Below, piece after piece: positions 21,233-31,025 of a stretch of DNA of 64,000 bases. Position numbers and translations under genes: made by a program. How positions within the stretch are numbered: position 1 is the first letter of the stretch; each line of letters starts with the position of its first letter. The DNA is from Alphaproteobacteria bacterium (GTDB lineage Bacteria; Pseudomonadota; Alphaproteobacteria; Rs-D84): NCBI GenBank assembly GCA_017618175.1, contig JAFZUT010000020.1, positions 5,728 through 69,727 of the forward strand, written 5' to 3'. The notes beneath the pieces were generated by a model. It had not been told where the DNA came from. It saw only the letters and a list, made by a program, of their open reading frames with translations, and did not search any database.

Positions 21233-21805
21233 ATGAAGTTTAAGTTATTGTATTTTGGCGAAATTTTAATAAACCCAAAGAAACGGGCCCAACATATATC
21301 CGACATCCGTATGCAATTTCACCCGCAATTAAAGAAATTGGTCGAACACCAACCGTGGGACAAATTGACTCAGTATATGGCGCCGAACCCGGCCAAAAGC
21401 CCAATTATCACCCGTCATGTTGGCGGCATAGATTGGAACCCGATTATTACACCAAAATTAAAATTGATTGCGGAATTAGACATCCAAATGTTGCACCCAG
21501 AAATTATCGGCGTACCGCGTTCAGATATTGACAACCGCATTAAAACATTGTTTGACGGCCTGCGTTGCCCACAAAACGAACACGAAATTGGTCAAAATGT
21601 TCCACGTGATGCGGGCCCGATATACACACTTTTAGATGACGACCATTTGATAACCAAGATTTCTGTTAACACAAGCCACTTGTTATCAACACATATGTTT
21701 CACCCAGATTTGGTCACATCCAGTCCCGATTGCGTATTTATGATGATTGACGTGAACCTGCGTGTCGCCGAAGGAACATTAGAAAACCTGCCGTTTATGG
21801 TGTAG
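21233..21805 (+). CDS. hypothetical protein
   Basis: 190-aa ORF with an AGAGG RBS and an ATG start. It is followed by the intrinsic terminator at 21875-21897. No motifs were recognised. Confidence 0.35.
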   Translation: MKFKLLYFGEILINPKKRAQHISDIRMQFHPQLKKLVEHQPWDKLTQYMAPNPAKSPIITRHVGGIDWNPIITPKLKLIAELDIQMLHPEIIGVPRSDIDNRIKTLFDGLRCPQNEHEIGQNVPRDAGPIYTLLDDDHLITKISVNTSHLLSTHMFHPDLVTSSPDCVFMMIDVNLRVAEGTLENLPFMV

Positions 21806-21874
21806 AGTGGCCAGTGGTTAGTAGATTCTGGAATTTTATATTTTATTTTGAATTTTACTTTGAATCTGGTAATA

Positions 21875-21897
21875 ACGGCGCATTTCTGCGCCGTTTT
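21875..21897 (+). terminator. Rho-independent terminator ACGGCGCA-TTTC-TGCGCCGT + TTT
   Basis: An 8-bp GC stem followed by a T-run, 70 nt after the stop at 21805. Confidence 0.5.
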
Positions 21898-21912
21898 ACT
21901 AATCACTAACCA

Positions 21913-22983
21913 CTACGACAAAAATGCTGTAATCTGATCTTGCATCTGGAATGTCCCCAATACTATCCACGCAATGACACCCGATATCAATAAAATCCCG
22001 ATTGTATTTAGTGTTTCTGATACAGATTCTATTTTTTTGACAGAATTTTCCAAATAGTCATTTGAAATCTGGGTCAAGTTTTCATCAAAATCGTTCATAT
22101 CGGCATAAATTGTCAAATCGCCAATAAGTTCATTGTTTGGAAAATCCATCCCCGTATTCTGTAAAGCATTTCCAAGGTTGTCACCATTTGCGATATAATG
22201 CAATGTTTCTTCTAAAATACGCCGCAGATACCTGTTTGAATTATCCGCCAACATTCGCATTGCGTCCGGAATCGTCACACCCGCGGCCACCATCGCAGAA
22301 AGTGACATCATCCAACTGACCGAAAGACGAATTTTATATATGTTCCACGGGGGCAAAGCGTCCAAAATCACACGTATACGCCCAGAAAACCGCGGTAAAG
22401 ACCACCATATCAAAAACATCATTGCCACAAACACTATCGAAAAAGCCTGCCAATACTTGCCGGCCAAATTGGACAACCATATAAGTGATGCCGCCCCACC
22501 GGACCAAACCATGCCTTCGCCGGCAACCGCGGACAAAGGCGGCACCAAATAAAGCCCGACCATAATTATAATTGCAAAAACCAAAACCAATAATAATGTT
22601 GGATATGCAATGGCACTGAACACCGCGCCACCTATTCTTTTATTTGCGACAATTATGCGACCAACATTTTCCAACGCGACAATCAAACTGGACATATTCC
22701 CGGATGTAAGCAACAGGGTTTCTTCGGCCGGAACCCAACCACGTGTGGCCTCGGAAAAACTAAGACCGCGTTCAAGGTTTTTTTCCCATTCACGCATACA
22801 TATTGCAAACGGTTCGTTCGGTTTTGCACCACCATGCGATTCTATCATTTGCAACCGGTTCAATGCATTTACCAAAGTGAAATCATTTTTCAGCAATGAA
22901 ACCAATTTACGCCAAATCGATATCCGTTTGTCATTACTAAAACGGCAAACCATTTTGGCGTAAAATATTTCAAGTCTGTTCAT
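21913..22983 (-). CDS. GspF/PilC-family inner-membrane platform protein (type IV pilus / T2SS)
   Basis: Polytopic protein with GspF-domain features (RYLRRILEETLHYIANGDNLGNALQNTGMDFPNNELIGDL). The internal ATG at 22981-22983 sits 1 nt after the ATPase stop; the ORF track extends to 23043. Confidence 0.6.
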   Translation of the reverse strand: MNRLEIFYAKMVCRFSNDKRISIWRKLVSLLKNDFTLVNALNRLQMIESHGGAKPNEPFAICMREWEKNLERGLSFSEATRGWVPAEETLLLTSGNMSSLIVALENVGRIIVANKRIGGAVFSAIAYPTLLLVLVFAIIIMVGLYLVPPLSAVAGEGMVWSGGAASLIWLSNLAGKYWQAFSIVFVAMMFLIWWSLPRFSGRIRVILDALPPWNIYKIRLSVSWMMSLSAMVAAGVTIPDAMRMLADNSNRYLRRILEETLHYIANGDNLGNALQNTGMDFPNNELIGDLTIYADMNDFDENLTQISNDYLENSVKKIESVSETLNTIGILLISGVIAWIVLGTFQMQDQITAFLS

Positions 22984-22984
22984 A

Positions 22985-24622
22985 TCAATAAACCCCCGGT
23001 CTGTCCAGAAGTCCAACCCAGCGTTCCAACTCATCAACACCAATTATACCCTGCAACATCAAAGAACACGCAGATTCTTTTAATGTGCGGCCATCCATTT
23101 CTTCCAACCAATATTTGACGGCTGCATCGGTATTACCGGCCAACGCCAATTGTAAAAATTCACTGTTGGTTATTATGATTTCACCGGCCTTGATACGTCC
23201 CAATGTACCGGTTCCATTGCACGCATCACAACCCGGACCACGGACATATACCTGATTTAATCCCAAATCACCAAAAGTATCCATCACACGGGCATATTCC
23301 GGATATTCCGGATGATTCTTTAATTTTTCGCGACAATGCGGACACAGTCTTTTGAACAAACGCATAGAAACCAAACCACGCATCATTGTTTCTTCTTTTA
23401 ACTTGAACGCTTCGACCCCCATATCTAATAACCTGACCAAAGCCGCCATCGCAGAATTCGCGTGCAATGTTGTCCACACATTATGCCCCGACAACGCACC
23501 CTTAACCGTCAATTGCGCGGCGGCCAAAGTTCTTATTTCACCAACCATCAATGTATCGGGGTCGCTTCGCAATGCGGCGGCCAACGCCTCGGTATATTCA
23601 GCCTCGCGCTGTTCTTCACTTGCGGTATTTACAACCGGAATTTGATGCGCACCAAAAATCTTTTGTTCAACCGGGTCTTCCACTGTTATAAGATTGATTT
23701 CATAATTATGCTCTTTTAACATCAACACCATATTGCGAACCAACGTTGTTGATTTACCAGAACTGGTTGGGCCGGCAACAACAACCAAACCCGTTGGATA
23801 CGAACGCAGACGCCGCAAAAGTATTTGTTCATATTTTCCAAATTCTTGTTCCGTTGTTATATTTTCCGAAGGATTATCATACAACAACCGCATAACCACA
23901 TACCGCGAACCAAATGCGATTGGATTAAATTGCATTCTTATACTTAGCACCCCTTGCGGCAGATACAAATCTTTGGTTCCACGCAATGGTGTACGCCCGT
24001 CTTTCTGGGCCGATTGATATTCGTTTTGGGCATAGTTCGCATTCGAAATATCGGCCGATGCAAACGCAGCACGAACAAAAGATTCGCCCCACCCCGAATT
24101 AAATTCCAGAACCGGTTGCATACTGCCGTCTATACGAAAATATATTGTTGTTTGGTCTGCAACTTCGATATGAATATCTGAAACCTTTTGAGCGGCGGCC
24201 TTGGCAATAATATCAACAAAATCCTTTTGCATTTGGTTGTTAAAATCGACACGCGAACGATTTCCATCACCCAAAGTATTTTCATAATATTTATATATTG
24301 CAGACACCAAACCTAAATCAGAATAAAACGGTATACGCATAGGACGATTTTTCTTGCGCAACAAATCCATAAACGCAATTACACGCCCATCATACCGATG
24401 TGTACGTGAAATAATAAGACATCCGCCCGAAAAGTACGCCAATAAACCCTGGGTTTCTTTTGGCAATTCAAATTCTGCGCCCGGTGCCGTCAACAGGTGA
24501 TTATCTTCGGTAAACAGGTATTCAATTATCTCTTTATTATCCGCGTGTTCCAATCCCGCCGGCACAGACGGTTTTTGGGAATCAGGCGTTTTTTCTAAAA
24601 CATTCTTGTCATCGTTTTTCAT
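22985..24622 (-). CDS. GspE/PilB-family secretion/pilus-assembly ATPase (type IVb/T2SS type with tetracysteine zinc motif)
   Basis: Walker A VVVAGPTSSGKSTTL, Asp and His boxes, and CPHCREK...GPGCDACNGTG (the tetracysteine arrangement typical of GspE/BfpD/TcpT-class ATPases), all in a 545-aa protein. Confidence 0.8.
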   Translation of the reverse strand: MKNDDKNVLEKTPDSQKPSVPAGLEHADNKEIIEYLFTEDNHLLTAPGAEFELPKETQGLLAYFSGGCLIISRTHRYDGRVIAFMDLLRKKNRPMRIPFYSDLGLVSAIYKYYENTLGDGNRSRVDFNNQMQKDFVDIIAKAAAQKVSDIHIEVADQTTIYFRIDGSMQPVLEFNSGWGESFVRAAFASADISNANYAQNEYQSAQKDGRTPLRGTKDLYLPQGVLSIRMQFNPIAFGSRYVVMRLLYDNPSENITTEQEFGKYEQILLRRLRSYPTGLVVVAGPTSSGKSTTLVRNMVLMLKEHNYEINLITVEDPVEQKIFGAHQIPVVNTASEEQREAEYTEALAAALRSDPDTLMVGEIRTLAAAQLTVKGALSGHNVWTTLHANSAMAALVRLLDMGVEAFKLKEETMMRGLVSMRLFKRLCPHCREKLKNHPEYPEYARVMDTFGDLGLNQVYVRGPGCDACNGTGTLGRIKAGEIIITNSEFLQLALAGNTDAAVKYWLEEMDGRTLKESACSLMLQGIIGVDELERWVGLLDRPGVY

Positions 24623-24636
24623 CTGTTATGCCAAAA

Positions 24637-25341
24637 CTAATTTTTATTACCAACATTTAATGTTTGAATTTCACCGTCTTTGATAAACACGACACCTTCG
24701 TCCAACGATATAGACTTAACAGTATAACCATCCAATTGTTTTCCAACACTAAGACGTTTGTTTTGCCCATTGGATAAATCCTGAACGGTCGCCTGTAATT
24801 GTGCGCCGGCACCGAACACATTCAACAGTTTGTAATTTTTCTCGATTTCGACATCTTTTGGTGCCTCGGCCACAAACGATTGTTGTTTTTGCGGTTGATT
24901 TTGCGCATCTTGTTGTTTATTAACCATAGATTCTTTTTCCAATTCCAAACGTTTTGCTTCGGCCTCTAAACGCGCACGTTCCGTTTCAAATTCTTGTTGT
25001 TGTTGTTCTGCGCGTCCCGACAGCGTATCGATTTCCATATGCAATTTGATTTTTTCTGCGGCCAAGCGGTCCAAATCCAGATTCAATTGCGCGCGTTCTT
25101 TTTCCAATTGCATCAAAACTTTTTCTTGTTCCAAATCTGTGATTTGTTGAAACAACGAACCTTCAACTTGGTAATCTTCGATTGCGTCCGCAGAAAATTC
25201 TTCATTTGCCGCAATATCATTTGAATTTACTTCTTCGATAACATCAACAACATTCTCAAAGACCGTGTCTGCACAATATCCGGATGTCACACCGAACAAA
25301 AAACAAACCGAAACAAATAACATTTTTATTTTATTTTGCAT
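24637..25341 (-). CDS. PilP/GspC HR-domain-like periplasmic protein
   Basis: Signal/anchor, a long E/Q/K-rich coiled coil, and a C-terminal beta domain (YKLLNVFGAGAQLQATVQDLSNGQNKRLSVGKQLDGYTVKSISLDEGVVFIKDGEIQTLNV) that follows the PilP pattern. Confidence 0.45.
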   Translation of the reverse strand: MQNKIKMLFVSVCFLFGVTSGYCADTVFENVVDVIEEVNSNDIAANEEFSADAIEDYQVEGSLFQQITDLEQEKVLMQLEKERAQLNLDLDRLAAEKIKLHMEIDTLSGRAEQQQQEFETERARLEAEAKRLELEKESMVNKQQDAQNQPQKQQSFVAEAPKDVEIEKNYKLLNVFGAGAQLQATVQDLSNGQNKRLSVGKQLDGYTVKSISLDEGVVFIKDGEIQTLNVGNKN

Positions 25342-26593
25342 AGATTATCACCTCATAGTTCCATGTTTTTCTGGCCACGTTCCACGCCGCCTTGGTCATA
25401 TATACGCCGCCAAAATCTTCAAAAATCAACATAAACTGGGACGGTATCAATTTAGATTCCACCGCAACTTCGACAACGTATACCTCTGCCGATTGGGTTT
25501 CATTCGAAACCGCATCAACGACAACTGTTATATTTGGGTCCAAGTTTATTGCCTGGAAACGACTGGTCAATTCGCGAACAATTGAATCCGGGTCACGAAC
25601 ATCTTGCGATGACACCGCGATACGTTCGGGCAATTTCGCACGCGCCAAAATTTCGTTATCATTTATTTCCTGAACGAATATACCGGGCATAACATTTGCG
25701 GCAACCGAATAAAAATCATCTAATGTTCCAAAAGAACGTTTGAATGTTGCAAACGCGTGTGTTTCGCCACATTCGGCAACCGTTTGATTCCACCCGGCCA
25801 CCTGTTGCATCAAAAATCCAATTGCACGATAACACAAATCTGCACGCTCGGCCGGTTCCGGCAAAGATTCGTACGGCATTACCAACGGTTCAATCGGCGC
25901 AGGTTGACGCATATTAAATTCTTTATCCAGTTCTTTATTTTTTTCTTCTATTTGCCGATGATATTCGGCGGCCAATTCAGGATTTTGACGCGCCATCTGC
26001 GGCTTTGGCGAAAACATTTCGTTTATCGGTTCACGGAAAATATATAAAAACACGAAAACGAACAATGCAAAAATTGCCAACGACATAAGACCCGCACCAA
26101 AGTGACTTATCGAACGCAAAACGCCATGCGAAGGACCAAAAATCAAATCCGTTAAATCACGTTCCACCGTACGTGGCATTCCCCAAGAAGCCGGCGCAAA
26201 CAACGCATTCCAATCAGGTATTTCGGCTAATTCAGCATATTTTTCACGGGCCGCCGATTCAGAATCGAAAATCAAATCATAAATTATCACACCATTTCTA
26301 ACGGCAACCAAAACAAATTTATTATCAACCATAAACACGCACAGCATTGACGCATAACCGGGTAATGCCTCTACTATCTCGACTGCGATGGACGGCATAC
26401 CCGAACGTTGACCGTTCACACGTGCGCCCAAACCAACCATACCATTATAAGAAATATATTGATTTAACCTGCGGTCTATTCCGCGCGCCAATTTATACGC
26501 ATACGCGCGTGGTGTAAACCCCGCAACCAACGGTTGCCAAAGCAAGCCCGCCGCATACTTTTTTCTTTTAATATGTACGTATTGTCCCGACAA
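25331..26593 (-). CDS. Bitopic pilus/secretion assembly protein (BfpC/PilO-R64/GspL-like topology)
   Basis: 420 aa. A ~170-aa cytoplasmic domain, one TM (LMSLAIFALFVFVFLYIF), and a ~230-aa periplasmic domain. It overlaps the next gene by 11 nt. The start is TTG with a GAGAGAG RBS. Family assignment rests on topology and synteny only. Confidence 0.35.
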   Translation of the reverse strand: MSGQYVHIKRKKYAAGLLWQPLVAGFTPRAYAYKLARGIDRRLNQYISYNGMVGLGARVNGQRSGMPSIAVEIVEALPGYASMLCVFMVDNKFVLVAVRNGVIIYDLIFDSESAAREKYAELAEIPDWNALFAPASWGMPRTVERDLTDLIFGPSHGVLRSISHFGAGLMSLAIFALFVFVFLYIFREPINEMFSPKPQMARQNPELAAEYHRQIEEKNKELDKEFNMRQPAPIEPLVMPYESLPEPAERADLCYRAIGFLMQQVAGWNQTVAECGETHAFATFKRSFGTLDDFYSVAANVMPGIFVQEINDNEILARAKLPERIAVSSQDVRDPDSIVRELTSRFQAINLDPNITVVVDAVSNETQSAEVYVVEVAVESKLIPSQFMLIFEDFGGVYMTKAAWNVARKTWNYEVIIYAK

Positions 26594-26599
26594 AATCTC

Positions 26600-26630
26600 T
26601 CTCTTGCACTACCTGTGATAGATTATAACA
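26600..26630 (-). promoter_or_regulatory. Putative promoter of the four-gene pilus-like operon (-10 TATAAT at 26623-26628 on the minus strand)
   Basis: The minus strand reads ..GGAATTAAATATTGTTTTTATGTTATAATCTATCACAGG.. about 30 nt upstream of the TTG start. Confidence 0.3.
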
Positions 26631-26655
26631 TAAAAACAATATTTAATTCCAGTGT

Positions 26656-26684
26656 AAAAAACCGTTATTTTCATAACGGTTTTT
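26656..26684 (-). terminator. Palindromic terminator AAAAACCGTTATTTTCATAACGGTTTTT (bidirectional; terminates the lipoprotein gene)
   Basis: An 8-bp stem flanked by an A-run and a T-run. Confidence 0.45.
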
Positions 26685-26704
26685 GATTTTTTTGTTTTTT
26701 TATT

Positions 26705-27139
26705 TTATTGGAAACATTTGCCGTCATTCACACCATTAAATGTGACACCACGACACGGTTTTATTTCATATTCCGGCATCGCCGAATCAGACCGTGCGGT
26801 CCGCACCGTTCTTGGGTTTGGACAATCATAAACATTTGCCGCCAAAACGAACGCGCGTTCCGGTCCAAAAATCACCCATTCATTTGGACGTGTTCTTTGA
26901 CTAACAATCCAATACGCATTACCGGGGCGTGCCTGGTCTGCTATACGGTTTTCCAAATACCGCCGTGCATCATCTTGGTCATAAACCGAAACTTCTGATT
27001 CTAATTTATAAAGGAAAGTGCACCCAATCGGTTCACCATCCAATTGTTTAATATACTCACTGCCGTTTTCATTTTTGATATATCCGCCACATCCCCAAAG
27101 TACAATCGCAGACAAAACCATAATTAAATATTTTTTCAT
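26705..27139 (-). CDS. Small lipoprotein (possible pilotin-like accessory protein)
   Basis: MKKYLIMVLSAIVLWGCGG lipobox, 144 aa, immediately upstream of the pilus-like operon. No motifs were recognised. Confidence 0.4.
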   Translation of the reverse strand: MKKYLIMVLSAIVLWGCGGYIKNENGSEYIKQLDGEPIGCTFLYKLESEVSVYDQDDARRYLENRIADQARPGNAYWIVSQRTRPNEWVIFGPERAFVLAANVYDCPNPRTVRTARSDSAMPEYEIKPCRGVTFNGVNDGKCFQ

Positions 27140-27156
27140 CCTTTTTCCTTTTTTGT

Positions 27157-28092
27157 TTACGCATCTATTATATCATAATTATCCGGATTACTGAACAATT
27201 TTTTAAGCAACATATTATTCATTGCATGACTGCCCTTGTACGATTCCAAATTTCCTATGATAAAGCCGTTCGATGTGAACATATCACCAATTGCGTCTAT
27301 GATTTTATGACGCACAAATTCATCAGGCCAGAAAGTTTTATTTAATGTTCCATCCCCTGCATCATTCAACGCAATAACATTGTTTTCATTTGCCCCACGT
27401 GCCATACCACGTTTTTTAAGGTATTCCCATTCGGCATATTTTCCAAATGTTCGCGCGCGCGCAATATTTTTAACAAAATCTGCGACCGATTTTTTTGTCC
27501 CGTCATAAGTGTATGAAAAACTTTGATAACCTATGATTTTTTCACGATAAACCAAAGTCGCATATATATTCAAAGAATTATTATCATTCGGCGTTAATTT
27601 AACAAAACCATCAATATTGCGCCGGGTCAATAAATTCATAAACCAAATTTTTGCACGCATCCAAAATGGCAAAGACCGAAAAACATCATACGCCCCAACA
27701 TAAACGGGACGCCGCACAAAAACACGTTTTATCTTGCCACCTGTTGTGCCCGCCGCCGATATCGCACGGTAAAATTCTATCGCACTGCCATCCAATATTG
27801 GGGTCTCCGGTCCGTCTATATCAACAATTGCACTGTCAATTCCGGCCATAAACATTGCCGCCATAAAATGTTCAATTGTTTTCACATGCGCCGAATCTAA
27901 ATCACCAATTGTGGTGTTCCGCATTTTTGTATCACCAACATTATCAAATTTCACAGGTATTAAATTTTTATCTAAATCTGTACGCCGAAAAAATATTCCG
28001 CGCCGCCTGGACGGTTTAACAACCATATTCACCGGTGCCCCCGAATGAATTCCAACCCCAGAAAACTTAACCGACTTTTTTATCGTTGGCAT
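27157..28092 (-). CDS. lpxC: UDP-3-O-acyl-N-acetylglucosamine deacetylase
   Basis: FSGVGIHSG N-terminus and an overall LpxC layout. Confidence 0.9.
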   Translation of the reverse strand: MPTIKKSVKFSGVGIHSGAPVNMVVKPSRRRGIFFRRTDLDKNLIPVKFDNVGDTKMRNTTIGDLDSAHVKTIEHFMAAMFMAGIDSAIVDIDGPETPILDGSAIEFYRAISAAGTTGGKIKRVFVRRPVYVGAYDVFRSLPFWMRAKIWFMNLLTRRNIDGFVKLTPNDNNSLNIYATLVYREKIIGYQSFSYTYDGTKKSVADFVKNIARARTFGKYAEWEYLKKRGMARGANENNVIALNDAGDGTLNKTFWPDEFVRHKIIDAIGDMFTSNGFIIGNLESYKGSHAMNNMLLKKLFSNPDNYDIIDA

Positions 28093-28993
28093 TTAATTTC
28101 TCCTTTAACCAATCAAAAAATTTTTCATCTATATTTGTTTCTAATCTAACATATTTTATTTTGTCGCGCACATTTTCAGGCAACCGGACCCAGTCTTTCT
28201 CTGTGGTCACCAGTTTTGCATTTTTTCGTGTTGCCAAATTCATTAAATATTCTATATCTTTTTCTGTATATTGATAATGGTCACCAAACGAACGCCGCGC
28301 AACAACATTTGGCAACGCCCGAAAGAATTTTTTTGGATACCCAATACCCGCAAAGGCAACAATTCTGTCATATCGGCCATTTGGCATAACATTTTTATTT
28401 GTTGCATAAAATACCGGCACATTTTCAGGTAACTTTATTTTGCGTTTTGATTTTTCACGTTTAATAACAATTATCGCATCTGCACGCCGTAAATGTTTTT
28501 TGGGTTCACGTAACGGTCCGGCCGGCAATAAAAAACCATTTCCAAAACCCAAACTTTCATCCAACACAACAACAGAGACATCTTTTTTGATAGACGGATT
28601 TTGCAAACCATCATCCATTAAAATTGGTCCATTTTCATTTTTTTGGCGATTTAATAACATTATATTACTTTTCCGGTGACCGACATGAACCGCAATTCCA
28701 TCATTCATTAACATTGTCGCCTCGTCACCAATATTCCCGGTTTTTGCACTGCGTTTATATCCACGCATAACAACCGGTATATCCAACCGATTGGCAATTG
28801 CACGCACAATTGGTGTTTTTCCAACCCCGCCTGCGAACAATCCACCAATGCATATAATTTTACGGCGCGATTTATACGCAAAAATTTTACGCCAAGAATA
28901 AACAATACGTGAAAATAAATAATATACACCCGCGGCCGGCAACAATAAAAATGCCAACGGAGTTTTATATAAAAACCACCAAGGTGTTTTCAT
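28067..28993 (-). CDS. lpxK: Tetraacyldisaccharide 4'-kinase
   Basis: ICIGGLFAGGVGKTPIV P-loop typical of LpxK. Confidence 0.8.
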   Translation of the reverse strand: MKTPWWFLYKTPLAFLLLPAAGVYYLFSRIVYSWRKIFAYKSRRKIICIGGLFAGGVGKTPIVRAIANRLDIPVVMRGYKRSAKTGNIGDEATMLMNDGIAVHVGHRKSNIMLLNRQKNENGPILMDDGLQNPSIKKDVSVVVLDESLGFGNGFLLPAGPLREPKKHLRRADAIIVIKREKSKRKIKLPENVPVFYATNKNVMPNGRYDRIVAFAGIGYPKKFFRALPNVVARRSFGDHYQYTEKDIEYLMNLATRKNAKLVTTEKDWVRLPENVRDKIKYVRLETNIDEKFFDWLKEKLNANDKKVG

Positions 28994-29773
28994 CTATCTG
29001 TACCTTTTGGTTAGTTTTGGTTCACGCCCTTCCCTTTTAAGACGCTTAAATTCACCGGTTTTCAAATCTTGTTCAACCACATAATGATTAAATTCTGCAT
29101 CCAATTCACGCAGTTGTTTAACCATAATATCTTCTAATTCCGTGCGTTTAGATTCAAAATCTTCGTGTGAAATCTTGGAATCTATATACATTGGTTCACC
29201 AACCCGGCATTTTATTTTTGTAAATGGATACACCAACATATATCGGTCCCAACGATTTTGAATCCAAACATGCCGCGCAGAAAAGCACACCGGAATAATC
29301 GGCGCACCCGTCATTTTTGCGAAATATAACGCACCTTCTTGGACACGCAGTGACGGTCCACCCGGTCCATCGGGCGAAATACACAAAGAATGATCGCCGC
29401 GACGCAATGCGCGTACACCTTCGCGCAGAACCGATATACCGCCGTTATGCGAACTGCCATAAATTGCACGCAGACCAAACAAATGCTGTAATTTTGCCAT
29501 CATTTTACCATCTTTGTGGCGCGAAGCAATGGCATAGGATTTCATACCACCCAAACACACAATCGGCGACAACATTAAACTGCGCCCGTGCCAGAAAACA
29601 AATATAGCGGGTTTATTGTGAAATTTCTTGAAAATTTCATAATTTATAACCTGTTTACGGCTGGTAAAATATATAAACCATATTATTGCGGCCATAACGG
29701 CGGCAATAATCCATTGAAACCCGGAAAACCCGAGTATAGGTTCCCAAAATTTTTTCCATAACTTTCTAAACAT
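28994..29773 (-). CDS. Lysophospholipid-acyltransferase-like protein (DUF374 family, commonly upstream of lpxK/kdtA in alphaproteobacteria)
   Basis: N-terminal TM and a conserved FVFWHGR...ISPDGPGGP core. Confidence 0.55.
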   Translation of the reverse strand: MFRKLWKKFWEPILGFSGFQWIIAAVMAAIIWFIYFTSRKQVINYEIFKKFHNKPAIFVFWHGRSLMLSPIVCLGGMKSYAIASRHKDGKMMAKLQHLFGLRAIYGSSHNGGISVLREGVRALRRGDHSLCISPDGPGGPSLRVQEGALYFAKMTGAPIIPVCFSARHVWIQNRWDRYMLVYPFTKIKCRVGEPMYIDSKISHEDFESKRTELEDIMVKQLRELDAEFNHYVVEQDLKTGEFKRLKREGREPKLTKRYR

Positions 29774-29860
29774 AATACAAATATCCCATATAAAAACATT
29801 GGCATTTTACCAATAAAAAAAGCACTTTTCAAGTATGTATTAGGAATAAAATCAACTCGC

Positions 29861-30652
29861 TTAATGCCCCGATGGAATGTAAACATTTTCTATTAAATGT
29901 AAATGTGATATACGATTCCAAACATCAGAAAAATTGCCACTTGTCCAACCTGACGAACCATTAACTTGAACAACTAAATATTTAATACTATTATCTGTAA
30001 CCTTGAAAATATATTCTGGATATGTTTGTGAATTTGAAATTACATCCGCCCCACGCACACCATTTGACTTGTATGCCTCAATTTTTTTATTTGTTTTGGT
30101 TGGAACATTGTTTGTTTTAACAAAAAAAACTCGATAAATAGAAGAATCCCCCCCACTGTCCCAATACAGTTTATATTCAACATTTGGTTTTATTGGTATC
30201 CTGATACTGGCCGAAGCATCCTCATAATAACTCCAAACTTTTTCATTTGAATAATAATATGCCCTAAACCATTCACCATCACCCGGTTGAATACCCACAT
30301 CGGCACCCTGAATCCGTGTCAATAAACAATTGCCATTTCCATCTTCTTCTACACACTCAAACTCGCTGTCTATTGCATTTTGAACGGCGGTATTCATTGT
30401 TTGTGCATCAATCAATGCGTCACTTTGCCCCGCATACGAACCAGTCGAGTCATAAATATTCTTGGTGCCAATCTCGCCCGCAGTGCCGGTATTGGTTAAA
30501 ACCTGGGCTGCGCCGTTATTCGCGGTAATTTTATCTTGCTTGGTCGCGATTTCTGCGTCTACATACGATTTAGATGTGGGAACATTTTCACCCGCGGCAA
30601 ACGCGCCATACGACAATAAAACAGAAAACAAAAATACAAAAAATCTTTTCAT
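29861..30652 (-). CDS. Secreted protein, paralog A of a two-member family
   Basis: Signal peptide MKRFFVFLFSVLLSYGAFAAG. The N-terminal domain (TSKSYVDAEIATKQDKI...TNTGTAGEIGTK...LIDAQTMNTAVQNAIDSEFECVEEDGNGNC) is shared with the adjacent gene. Confidence 0.4.
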   Translation of the reverse strand: MKRFFVFLFSVLLSYGAFAAGENVPTSKSYVDAEIATKQDKITANNGAAQVLTNTGTAGEIGTKNIYDSTGSYAGQSDALIDAQTMNTAVQNAIDSEFECVEEDGNGNCLLTRIQGADVGIQPGDGEWFRAYYYSNEKVWSYYEDASASIRIPIKPNVEYKLYWDSGGDSSIYRVFFVKTNNVPTKTNKKIEAYKSNGVRGADVISNSQTYPEYIFKVTDNSIKYLVVQVNGSSGWTSGNFSDVWNRISHLHLIENVYIPSGH

Positions 30653-30656
30653 AATC

Positions 30657-31025
30657 CTACTCTGGCATATATGTCCCAGATAATTGATTTATACTCCATA
30701 AAATACATTCACCATTTTCACTTTCGTAACATGTCACATGCGCGTTCAAACCGTTCTGAATCGCGCTGTTGGCGTGGTTTGCCTCTATCAAAGAATTTGT
30801 TTGTGAACTGTACGCGGTGGTTGTTTTATAGACCCCTTTGGCACCAACCGTCCCGGCCGCCCCAGTATTTGTAATAACGGTATCTGCGGTACCACCACCA
30901 ATTTTATTTTGTTTCTGGCCAACTTCATAATCAACATAGGACTTTGATGTAACGGTATTATCCGCCGTTGCAAACGCACATACTGGGGCTATCAGCAAAA
31001 TAAATGCTATAAATTTGTATTTCAT
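30657..31025 (-). CDS. Secreted protein, paralog B (short form)
   Basis: Signal peptide MKYKFIAFILLIAPVCAFATA. The region TSKSYVDYEVGQKQNKI...TNTGAAGTVGAK...LIEANHANSAIQNGLNAHVTCYESENGEC aligns with paralog A. Confidence 0.4.
   Translation of the reverse strand: MKYKFIAFILLIAPVCAFATADNTVTSKSYVDYEVGQKQNKIGGGTADTVITNTGAAGTVGAKGVYKTTTAYSSQTNSLIEANHANSAIQNGLNAHVTCYESENGECILWSINQLSGTYMPE

Noticed and set aside
22984-23043. Longer 376-aa start for the GspF-like gene overlapping the ATPase gene by 59 nt
   Set aside because: The internal ATG at 22983 gives a 1-nt intergenic junction typical of coupled operon genes. The longer form is not excluded.
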